A stretch of DNA of 63,355 nt, counting the filler, from Octopus bimaculoides (Eukaryota): NCBI RefSeq assembly GCF_001194135.2. It is 10 parts of 8 records of this genome, joined end to end, with 100 filler letters (N's around TTAATTAATTAA, not from the genome) between each part and the next. Parts side by side here need not be neighbours in the genome. Positions count along the whole stretch, not along the records: positions 21,053 to 31,096 come from NC_069004.1; positions 31,197 to 44,249 come from NW_026394233.1; 8 more parts are not named here. One strand, written 5' to 3'. The notes below the pieces were generated by a model. It had not been told where the DNA came from, made no database searches, and saw only the letters and a program-made list of their open reading frames with translations. Positions 23,698 to 35,440 of this stretch are shown piece by piece. Made by a program: the position numbers and the translations under genes. The stretch's first letter is position 1; each line of letters opens with the position of its first letter.

Positions 23698-24023
23698 AAT
23701 CTAGGTGTATTGCAAAAATCGACATTACTTGGAACTACACGCACATTGCGTAAAGTACTGTCTGTCTGAAGTCCTTGTGACTTGACAAACGGTAGACACA
23801 ATATCTTCAATCAACAATCTCACAGTTGGTTTGTCAGCCCTGTTAGTTTCGTTAGACCCCAGTGTTGAGCCCAATCCTGGGCCAATAGATTTCGTACCAG
23901 TCAAATATGTTCTGTAATTTTGAATTTTTATCACTTCTTATTTTGAACAAAGACAGACGTATTGTTGAAATATCGTTCAACAAATAAAATATCTTACAAT
24001 CGAATCGCGCTCTTCGTCTTGAC

Positions 24024-24069
<46 letters not shown>

Positions 24070-24084
24070 GAGTGAGAGAGCAAT

Positions 24085-24556
24085 GCATACCATGAAAGTG
24101 ACGCTGGGGTAAAATATACGAAACCCAGTATACCCATCATGACTACCCATCTGATAAGGGTACACCAGGCACATGCATCATAACCATATGTGCGCAGCAT
24201 GTTGATCTCATATGAAGATTAACAGCGCATACCTTGCAGGTGGGACCCAATTAGAATTTTCTTCAGGTCGAGTAACCCATCTCGCTCAATAAGTCCTTGA
24301 ATAATGGTTGTTTAAAGATGTTGGACAAAATACCTATGTTTCCAGAGGCGAATTGTCTAAACCCCAAAGAACTCCTCCCAACACATGGCTATGATGCTCC
24401 CCAACTACTTCTGCTCGTGATTAGAGATGCACATATCGTCAGCCACCAAGGGACATGCTCAACTGGTTAAGGTCAAACAACTGACAAGCAAATCTGTGGT
24501 ATTGAGCAGAATATTTGCTGTAGCCCATCTTTTATACCAAGACAAAACAATGCACA

Positions 24557-24560
<4 letters not shown>
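24085..24560. repeat. ~480-bp unclassified interspersed repeat
   Basis: Reverse-complement homology to 20140-20210 and 20495-20630. Confidence 0.7.
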
Positions 24561-24600
<40 letters not shown>

Positions 24601-25217
24601 CTATGTCGATGTTACTGCCACGACTGAACAATATCGATACATCTGCAACATGATACGATAATTTCAATCAGATAACAATACATCCCAGCCTAGGGTGGCG
24701 GCGATGATGTCGGTGGTAGCGGCGGTGGTGGTTGGTGGTGGTGGCGACGATGGTAGCGGCGGCGGCGGTGGTGTCGTCACGATAGAATTACAAACCGAGG
24801 TTGTCAAATGTCCGCTTGCCTCGAGTGCTCAAACATATCCGTAAACAGTCCATCACTAGAAATAAACAAGAAATAAACTAAAATCTAAAAAAAAAACTCA
24901 GCAATAACGGCAGTGATTAAAAAAAAAACAACATAGTCAAATAGCATCAAATGAGTAAGGCAGAAACTAAAGTTAACAACATCAGTAACAACAACAAAAT
25001 CAACTACGACAACAGTGAGGGTCCACAAGAAAGCCTTTATGTGTTCAACGGATCTGCTAAAACTAGCAGCAAAAGGTGTCTGTCATATTAGGAAGAGAAA
25101 TAACGGGTTCAGTCTCACTGCGTGGCACCTTGGCCAAGTGTCTTCTACTATAGCCTCGCGCCGATCAAAGTCTTGTCAGTGGATTTGGTAGATGGAAACT
25201 GAAAGAAGCCCGTCGTA

Positions 25218-25375
25218 TACGAGGAGGTGCTGAAAAGTTCCTGGCATTGGGTAAAAGAAAACAGGAGGATCAGTTAGTTATGATCTTATTCAATATATTC
25301 AATATATTCCCCTTTCAATTTCACACACTTATTGCGGCGGTCCTTCACTTTTTCTAAACTTTTTAATACCCCCTC

Positions 25376-25380
<5 letters not shown>
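25218..25380. mobile_element. Mariner-like MITE inserted at a TA inside a SINE
   Basis: tacgaggaggtgctgaaaagttcctgg ... aactttttaataccccctcgt; same family as 57712-57920, opposite orientation. Confidence 0.75.
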
Positions 25381-25414
<34 letters not shown>

Positions 25415-26699
25415 TGTATGTATAGGAAAATTGAGCAAGGAGACGAACTCTCGGGATGTTGTTAAACTATTTTATCTTGAATTCTTCTACGTATGTTTCG
25501 ATGGATGCACTACAAAATGTCCGACAGGATAAATTATGGTCCGCAATACATCAATCTTGTTTGTATATGTATGTATGTGTAAGTGTGTGCATAGATGTGT
25601 TTGTCTTTGTGTTTCTTTGTCCCACTATCGCTTGTCAGCCGGTGTTGCTCGTAACATAGCCGTATGTATGTACGGACCTTTTTTACGGACAACAGAATGA
25701 ACACATAGGGACGGGCTTCTTTCAGTTTCTGTCTACCAAATCCACTCAGAAGGCTTTGGTTGGCATGAAGCTAGAGTAGCAGACACTTTGCCCAAGGTGC
25801 CACGCAGTAGGACTGAACCCGGAACCATGTGGTTGGGAAGCAAGCTTCTCACCACACAACCACGCCTAAACCAATGTTATTGCACATACATTTTAACTAC
25901 GAAATCTTGCGTGGAACCCCAACTGCCAAATAGACACTGGTTGAGAACCAATGGTCTAAAAACTGAAACAAATAAAAAAAAAGAAGATAAAAAAAAGATT
26001 AAAAATATATAGGCCTAGAGGATCAGAACCGTTTTGATGTTTATCAGCTGCAGCAACAACAGTAATGACAACAACAATATTAACAGGTTATACTGTATCA
26101 CCATTAACAATCACACATATCACAGCATTATATTCATGTACCTCTACACCAAAGTGTCATATCATCTCTTATTCTCGTGGATCTGGTCTTAAATTTTGGC
26201 TAAAAATACTCGTCTCCACCTATGGAGAGATGGACACGCGTCACTGCCCCATAGAATGACGTATATGGGCGCATGCGCATACATATGCATTTATGCTCAA
26301 ACATACACGTATAGAGTTATGCATATTCATCCGTTATGTGTATGCATCAGCAATGCATGTTGTATAGTGTAGTGCATGCTCGTAAGACAGGTCTGTGAGA
26401 TGGGTGCAGATGCTAGGCAGATCGAAGTGCATATAGGCAAGCGTAGATGCGTACGTAAATGTGTGTATGTAGACACATTCACACAAGTAAAGAGAGGTGC
26501 ATGAAAAGGAGGAAGAGAGGAGAAGGAGGAGCAAGAAGAGGAGGAGTAGGAAGAGGAGAAGGTGAAGGAGGTGGAGGAGGTGGAGGAGGACAAATGAATG
26601 TGGGATGAATATAACAACAGCAATGACAACAACTAGAAGAGAAGCAGAAAGGGCAGGAGTAACGGGAACAACGATAGTAACAAGAACAACAGGGATTAG

Positions 26700-27290
26700 A
26701 ACAAGAGCAACCACAACAACAACAACAACAACGACTGCATCAGCAACAACAGCAACAAAAATAACGACTTAATCTTGCAATATGCAGCACACACTTTTAA
26801 TGTAGATGCACTGGCAAGAAGGATAATAACAAACATAAATGCAACAACAACAACAACAACAACAACAGTAGAAGCAACAACAACAATAACAACAACAGCA
26901 GCAGAAACAGCAGCAGCAGCAGCAGCAGCAGTAGCAACGACAACAAAAAAGACAGTAATTTGATGTTACAAACTACAACTAAAAACTCTTAACGCTGGTG
27001 CATCAACAAGAACAACAAACATAAGTGCAGCAGCAGCAACAACAACAACAACAACAACAACAAAAACAACAGTAGCAGCAACAACAATAACAACAGCAGC
27101 AGAAACAGCAGCAGTAGCAACAACAACAAAAAAGACAGTAATTTGATGTTACAAACTACAACTAAAAACTCTTAACGCTGGTGCATCAACAAGAACAACA
27201 AACATAAGTGCAGCAGCAACAACAACAACAACAGTAGCAGCAGCAGCAGAAACAACAGCAACTAAAACAACAACAAAACAAGAATAAAGG
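26700..27290. repeat. (CAA/CAG)n low-complexity region with a 183-bp tandem duplication
   Basis: gacagtaatttgatgttacaaactacaactaaaaactcttaacgctggtgcatc at 26951 and 27134. Confidence 0.9.
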
Positions 27291-27677
27291 ACCAACTAAC
27301 TCTATAGATGCAGAAAGCAAATATAAAAAAAAGCAGAAACGCTATTACCATTGTCCACCAAAGATGTCAGGACGGTTCCAATGGCAGCCCGGCTGAGAGT
27401 ATAGGGAGAAGAGGAGGCAGGGAAATGGCTCGTGAGCAAAGGGAAAGAAGGGTATTGAGGGACGAACAGACAGACTGACGGACAAATAGATAGACATGGC
27501 GGACAGACGGACAAATAGACACGATATCTTCCAAACATTGGCGTTACGCTTCAGAGATGTCACGGACTGTATGTATACAATCGCACAGCCGCCATTTTGT
27601 TTTCTCTTCTATCTGGACTTAATGTGGAAGAGGATGACAGAGAGAAGGAGAGGTGGATCGAACCCTGACAAATATGC

Positions 27678-27739
<62 letters not shown>

Positions 27740-28137
27740 NNNNNNNNNNNNNNNNNNNNNNNNNNNNNNNNNNNNNNNNNNNNNNNNNNNNNNNNNNNNN
27801 NNNNNNNNNNNNNNNNNNNNNNNNNNNNNNNNNNNNNNNNNNNNNNNNNNNNNNNNNNNNNNNNNNNNNNNNNNNNNNNNNNNNNNNNNNNNNNNNNNNN
27901 NNNNNNNNNNNNNNNNNNNNNNNNNNNNNNNNNNNNNNNNNNNNNNNNNNNNNNNNNNNNNNNNNNNNNNNNNNNNNNNNNNNNNNNNNNNNNNNNNNNN
28001 NNNNNNNNNNTATATATATATATATATAGATAGATAGATAGATATATACATCTATAAATATATATCTATGCGTATATCTATCAATATATATCAATAGAAA
28101 CATACGTGCCTATAAGCTCAATTATATATGTGTGTGT

Positions 28138-28179
<42 letters not shown>

Positions 28180-28464
28180 ATAGTTCAGTACTCAAACATA
28201 TAAATGTATGTATAGACATAAATACGTTTGTGCACACACACACGCACGCACACACATATTATATTTATGTTCTTATTCTCTTACTTGTTTCAGTCATTTG
28301 ACTGCAGCCATGCTGGAGCACAGCATCGACCCCACCCCCGAACTTATTCTTTTTAAGCATAGTACTTATTCTATCGGTTTGTTTTATCGAGCCGCTAGTT
28401 TACAGGGACATAAACACACCAGCATCGGTTGTCGAGCGATGGTGGGGAGACACAAAGATACACT

Positions 28465-28530
<66 letters not shown>

Positions 28531-30059
28531 TATACGACAGCCTTCTTTCAGTTTCCGTCTACCAAATCCAGTCACAAGTAGNNNNNNNNNNNNNNNNNNN
28601 NNNNNNNNNNNNNNNNNNNNNNNNNNNNNNNNNNNNNNNNNNNNNNNNNNNNNNNNNNNNNNNNNNNNNNNNNNNNNNNNNNNNNNNNNNNNNNNNNNNN
28701 NNNNNNNNNNNNNNNNNNNNNNNNNNNNNNNNNNNNNNNNNNNNNNNNNNNNNNNNNNNNNNNNNNNNNNNNNNNNNNNNNNNNNNNNNNNNNNNNNNNN
28801 NNNNNNNNNNNNNNNNNNNNNNNNNNNNNNNNNNNNNNNNNNNNNNNNNNNNNNNNNNNNNNNNNNNNNNNNNNNNNNNNNNNNNNNNNNNNNNNNNNNN
28901 NNNNNNNNNNNNNNNNNNNNNNNNNNNNNNNNNNNNNNNNNNNNNNNNNNNNNNNNNNNNNNNNNNNNNNNNNNNNNNNNNNNNNNNNNNNNNNNNNNNN
29001 NNNNNNNNNNNNNNNNNNNNNNNNNNNNNNNNNNNNNNNNNNNNNNNNNNNNNNNNNNNNNNNNNNNNNNNNNNNNNNNNNNNNNNNNNNNNNNNNNNNN
29101 NNNNNNNNNNNNNNNNNNNNNNNNNNNNNNNNNNNNNNNNNNNNNNNNNNNNNNNNNNNNNNNNNNNNNNNNNNNNNNNNNNNNNNNNNNNNNNNNNNNN
29201 NNNNNNNNNNNNNNNNNNNNNNNNNNNNNNNNNNNNNNNNNNNNNNNNNNNNNNNNNNNNNNNNNNNNNNNNNNNNNNNNNNNNNNNNNNNNNNNNNNNN
29301 NNNNNNNNNNNNNNNNNNNNNNNNNNNNNNNNNNNNNNNNNNNNNNNNNNNNNNNNNNNNNNNNNNNNNNACAAAAGCATGACATTAATGTTTAGCACAT
29401 GTCTTGCTTTTGTATGTTGGTTCCCTGACGATGAATATATGTGCAATTCCAGCACCTCTTACTTCTTTGGAGTAGAGTGCACATGTATTTTGAAACATAT
29501 GTAGGAATTAAAGGAACTTATTGTTTATATGCGTTTTGGTCCATTTATTATTATTATTCATATCTAATCAAAATACATCACTTTAACTTGGCATTTCTAC
29601 CTATAAAACGAAAGTCCTCTGGTTGAGTTCAGTGGAAAATGTGCGTTATAGCAAAATTTAGCTGTTCTAAACGAGTTAATAGGGGTGAGAAATGGGAAAT
29701 TTAGTGTATAAAGTGAATGGAGAGCTGCTCACCGATGAAGCCATAAGTGTTGCCAATTTGCGTAATTTCCTAGAAAATATAAATGAATTTAGTTTCTTAA
29801 TTTTTTGACTGATTTTGTACATTCCTAATTTAAAATGTTGGTGTTGATCTGGAAACATCGTAATCAATATGGCGTTGTGTCGGATTGCGTCCTCATAGCA
29901 TATAGCAATGGGTACATGCAGTATCACTAATCTCAGTCTGAGAATAGGTACCTAATGTTAGCTCCATATAGAGATGGTGCTCAATTGATCTATGAGGATG
30001 GTGGAGGGAGGGATGTGGTGCTTATGTGAGACCTGCTATGCTATACTCACAGAGTGGCA

Positions 30060-30200
30060 TACAGTACAGCCTGATTGGCTGTACTGTAGTAGTACACACA
30101 GTATTTGGATTTCCAAAGTGAGCTCTGATTGGCTGTATGCAAATGAGTTTATTACTGAGTCCGGAACACTAGTGGGAAAACAAAATTTGCGTCCGCCCAT
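30060..30200. promoter_or_regulatory. Candidate promoter: two CCAAT boxes, octamer, ETS-like and GC-box-like motifs
   Basis: ctgattggctgta at 30071 and 30125; ATGCAAAT at 30137-30144; ccggaa at 30161; gtccgccc near 30191. Motif evidence only. Confidence 0.4.
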
Positions 30201-30960
30201 TGCATTGTCATACGTTTATCCTAAACATCCACTCTTGTTTTCAAACTTACAGTTTGCCCTTGTTACATGTGTTCTGAGTAGCATAAAGCTTTCATTTCAT
30301 TATTCCTAAGTTTCTTAAGCTGCTGAGAAAAATTGGGGATGTGTGTCATATACGATACATGGACGCCAGGAAAATATGTCCTATCTACCAAAAGCATTTT
30401 CGTATATTTGTCCTAAACGTCCCCGCTTGATTTTAGACTCTCAGTTGACCCTTGTTTCATTCATTCTGAATAATATAAAGCTTTTCTGTCATTAGTCCCA
30501 AACCACTCAGGTAGTTGAGCAAAAACTGGTAATGTGTTCCATTTATGATGCATTTGTGCCAGTGAAGTTTGTCCTACCTGTTCAAATCATTTTCATAAGT
30601 TTGTTCTAAATGTCGACGCATGTTTTTTTTTTTTTACTCTTAGCCCTTGTTTCACACATTCCGACAAATATAAACCTTTCTTTTCGTAAGTCCAACATTG
30701 CTCACGTGGTTGAACGAATTAGAAACGTGTCTCATATATGGTGCATGAACGCCAGGGAAGTACGTCCAGTCTGCGCAAGGTATTTTCATAAGTTTGTCCT
30801 AAACCTCCACGCTTGATTTCAGATTTATAGTTAACCATTCGTTAACATTCCGAATAATATATAAAGATTTGCTTTCGATAAATCGATGTCACTCCGGTGA
30901 TAGTAAAAACTTGCAAATATGTATTATGAGCGCTAGAGAAATATGTCCCAAGTATCACAT
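30200..30960. repeat. Degenerate ~193-bp tandem repeat, about 4 copies
   Basis: Anchor ttt(a/g)t(c/t)ctaaa at 30215, 30407, 30600 and 30793, with other shared blocks (cccttgtt, ataaag, gccag..aa.t.tgtcc). Confidence 0.8.
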
Positions 30961-31629
30961 ATAATAACAGGATGAGCAGGGTGGAACAATTGAGGGTACA
31001 CACGGAGATGGGAAAATAGTGTGTATTAGCAAATAGATTTAATAGTACAGATGGTGACATCTATTAACGATGGGGAGTTTTTTCTTTTTTTTTTTTNNNN
31101 NNNNNNNNNNNNNNNNNNNNNNNNNNNNNNNNNNNNNNNNTTAATTAATTAANNNNNNNNNNNNNNNNNNNNNNNNNNNNNNNNNNNNNNNNNNNNAGGT
31201 CATTGCCAGTGCCGCTGGACTGGCTTCTGTGCAGGTGGCACGTAAATAACACTATTTTGCGCATGGCCATTGCCAGTACTGCCTGACTGGCCTTCTTTCC
31301 GGTGGCACGTAAAAGCACCCACTACATTCTCGGAGTGGTTGGCGTTAGGAAGGGCATCTAGTTGTAGAAACTCTGCCAGATCAGATTGGAGCGTGGTGCA
31401 GCCATCTGTTTCGCCAGTCCTCCGTCAAATCCTCCAACCCATGCTAGCATGGAAGGTGGACGTGAAACGATGATGATGATGTATATACTCTTTAATTCTA
31501 TTAGATATTTCAGCCTTGAGGCTGCGGCCACAATTTGATGCTACTGTAGTCATTACTCAATAAAACACTTCCCTAACCTTTGTAGTTGTGGAATATTGTT
31601 CTGCTATATATTTTTCCTGCCGTTGCCTT

Positions 31630-34600
31630 ACCTTAAATATAGTATCTCTAGTGCAGATCTCTCCCTCATTAGTTGGGCTCTGACCCTTCCTGTAACTTTC
31701 ATCACCTGATCCACTAATTTGATATCCCTATAGTTATTTCTATCTAAAGCATCACCTATACCCTTGTAGCAGTTGACTATGGTACTGCTAAGCCATTTAT
31801 TGGGTATGACGTCTTCATGAACTACCTGATTTACGATACAGGTAACAAGACCCACATTGCCTTATATTTTAAGTATCTGATCAGTAATTCGTGATGGGGC
31901 AGGTAGTTTTCCTGTTTTTATATCCTAAATTGCTTTATCTACCAGGGTACTGGTAGAATAGGATAACTGGTCTTTCGAGTGGGTCAACCTTTTGCAGACT
32001 CTCCACCGCCCATTCATTCTCCACATTGAGCAGTCTTTCATAATGTTATCTCCAAGCGTCTTTCTTTGCAGAATCATTAAACACATGGGCACCATCATCC
32101 ATGCAGACACATTTTTCTCCTCTCCTAGCATTGTCTTCTCTTAAATGCTGTCTTGCAATCCAAAATACTTCAGTTCTTTCGTCGTCATGACACTGAACAT
32201 TGGCAAACTTTTTTTCTGGTACTCCCTTGGCTATATATACCTGTCTCCTAGCTTCCCCTCTGGTTATCTGATACAGTCCCCTGCTACCCCTAATCTTCCA
32301 GGCTTTCCAGACCTGTTTCTTGCTCTTATGGCTTGGTCTTTCGTCATTGCCTCTGTGAGGCCCAATGTTCGAAGGTTGTGCTTCACCTCCTCATCCCATG
32401 TCTTCCTGGGTCTACCTCTTCCACAGGTTCCCTCTACTGCTAGGGTGTGGCACTTCTCCACACAGCTATCCTCATCCATTTTCGCTACATGACCATACCA
32501 GCGCAGTCGTCACTCTTGCACACCACATCTGATGCTTCTTATGTCCAACTTTTCTCTCAGGGCACTTACACTGTCATGTATGTACTGGTATTACATATCC
32601 AGCGGGGAATACTATCTTCACTTCTTGCAAGCTTACACATGTCCTCAGTAGTCATGGTCTATGTTTCACTGCCGTGTAGCATGACAGTTTGCACACATGT
32701 CATATAACCTACCTTTTACTCTGAGCGAGAGGCCCTTTGTTACCAGCTGATGTAGGAACTCTCTGAACTTTTCCCAGGCTATTCTTATTCTAGCAGCTTC
32801 ACTCTCAGAGCATCCACCCCTGCTACTGACTTGGTCACGAGATAATGGAAGCTAGTAACTACTTTTAGTTTTTCTCTCCTGGCATCTGACGGAAGCTGTT
32901 TTCTACACATTTTCAGTGTTTATTGCACCTGAGCATTTGCCACACACAAAATTATCTTCCCAGTTAGCCTTCCTTTGATATTGCTGCACCTCTTATGTGT
33001 TCATAGCTTACACTGGGTACATGTTATGGAGTTTCTACCTACACCTTTTCTACAGATCAGACAGGACCATCTACCTGAAGATATTTTTGATTTATCTACC
33101 TTCCTTCTTATTAAGACTTTGGTTTTTGCTAGATTGACTCGAAGGCCCTTTGATTCTAGGCCTTGCTTCCATACCTAAAACTTCACTAGTTCTGATAGTG
33201 ACTCAGCTGTTAGAGGAAGGCCATCAGCATAGAGAAGCTACCAGGGGTATCCTGTCTTGAATTCCTCTGTTATTGCCTGGAGGATTATGATAAGAGGGGG
33301 CTGAGGTCTGATCCTTGGTGGAAGCCCTACCCGTACCTGGGACTCTTCACTGTACTTGTTGCCAACCCTCACCTTACTGACAGCGTCTCTGTATATGGAT
33401 CGCACAGCTCTCACTAACCATTCTTCTATCCCTAGTTTCCTCATTGACCATCAGATAAGGGATGGGGGAACCTTGTCAAAGGCTTTCTCCATGTCAATGA
33501 AAGCCAGGTACAGAGGTTTATCTTTGGCTAGGTATTTCTCCTGCCGCTGTCTTACCAGAAATATAGCATCAGTGTTGCTTTTCCCTAGCACAGACACAAA
33601 CTGCATCTCGTCTAAACTAACTCTCTCCAGAATTAGTTGGGCTATGAGCTTCTCTGTGACTTTCATTACCTGATTCAATAACTTGATACCTCTGTCGACT
33701 ATGACATGATTCTCTCTCACGTACTCTCTTGCAACATGAAACACTTCAAGTCTTTGGTCCTAATGATGCAGAACATTGGCAAATTTCTTCTTATTTGCTT
33801 TCCCTTTGGCTAAGTAAACCTGTCTCCTAGCTTCCCTTCTGCCAATCTAATACAATTCCCTGCTACCACATTTCCTCCAGTCCTTCCATACCTGTTTCCA
33901 TCCTCATTACAGGAACCAAAACCATAGCCATGATGTAGGACATGGAAACCCCCTGCATGTTGTCCAATATGCTCAATGAAGTCGCCAGCCACAAAGAGAA
34001 GGTCACTGTCATTTGTTAACGAGTTAGTCTGCAAGACGGTGTCATAAAATCGGTTTTTCTGTTCATCAGGTAGCATTGGCTGAGGGGCATAGGCTGAGAT
34101 AATGGTTGCTAATCCATGTTGCAACTGTAATCTAATCTCAAGTGTTCTATCACAGACTCTGACTACCTCGATTACCTTATGAACCCATTCTCCGCAAGCA
34201 GTATACCCATGCCCCCGACCCCATCAGTGTTCCCTACCTAGAAAATCTTACACCTATGTTCTTTGTCTGTGAGAACCTAGCAGAACTTCCTCTCCACCTT
34301 ACTTCTTGTATGCAGCACAAATCTGCACGTCTCCATTCAATCATCTCAACAATCTCACCAGACCTACTTTTCAATGTGCGAACATGAAGTGTGCCAACTC
34401 TGAGTGTGTGGAAGGTGTGGGCCCGCGAGACCCTAGGATGGGGGACAGCAGCATCATGTACCTGAAAAGAAAGCATGAATCTGGCAGAACTCATAAACCT
34501 ACAGTAGCCTGCATACACTACACTATTATTTTATGCACTACATAACCACTACATTGCATAGGAGATAAACCTTAAGTAGAGATGGGTCAGTATTAAGCCT

Positions 34601-34710
34601 TTGAAGGTGTTCAGGAGAAAGACATCCGATAGAGGTCAGAGGCTAAAGGCTTCCAGTACAAGTGGTGGGGGTGGAAAGGGCAGGTACACCGCGAAACAGC
34701 AAAGACTCAG
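31630..34710 (-). mobile_element. RTE-clade LINE, internally deleted and rearranged
   Basis: 5' UTR and APE 33900-34710; RT (AFIDMEKAFDKVP, WLVRAVRSIY, LLYAD) 32330-33750; extra pre-RT segment 31630-32330. Confidence 0.85.
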
Positions 34711-35029
34711 GCTGCTGGTGTGAAAGAATAGTAATAATGATAATGAGATTAGAACTGGGCAGGAGGATTCTAATGTGAAGATAAGCTGATATCTCAAATT
34801 GTCTAAATGGGCCACTGAAGGATAACAAATAAGCCTACCTCAAACAAACATCATTCGATGCCACTGCCTGGAATCAAACACAGTATCTTGGGGTTAGTAG
34901 CCCGCGCTCTTAACCAATATGCCATATGCCCATGGGTAATAATGGAGTGAATTTTAGGGCTTATAAATCTAATATTTTCCTATCCTTCCTTAATACTGAT
35001 TCCCATATGCTACTCATATCTGCACTCCG

Positions 35030-35440
35030 TCTGCTTAGGAGGTTGTTGTGTCCTCGCATATGTGCTGCAACTTTTAATTTTCTATTAGCGTTCTCTGTCT
35101 ATTATTTTAACTTCATCTCACAGGGGGAGGTGGTCTCCATTTTTCCATACATAATCAGCTATACCCAATTTATCAATATCTCCTCATGTCACAGCTTTGC
35201 AATGTTCGTCTAGCCTTATTTTGAGAGGGCGGCTTGTTTTGCCTTTGTATAACGTACCACAGCTGCATGGGATGTAGTATACACAGTCTTTGGTCATATT
35301 CTCTTCTCTTGGTGGTTTTTCTCGAAGTAGATCTTTGCGAAGTGTTGTATTACTCTTGAATACTGTCCTGATGTCATATGGGCCGCATATCTTTTGTATC
35401 TTTTTGGAGAGGCCTTTCACATATGCAGGTCGCATAAAAT
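35030..35440 (-). mobile_element. PLE GIY-YIG endonuclease fragment (Poseidon/Penelope-like)
   Basis: YVKGLSKKIQKICGPYDIRTVFKSNTTLR...CVYYIPCSCGTLYKGKTSRPLKIRLDEH. Confidence 0.85.

Noticed and set aside
29955-29975. Minus-strand YMEL resembling CUL1 RYMELYT
   Set aside because: It continues as YMELT, has no upstream QIWDDL similarity and no phase-2 donor.
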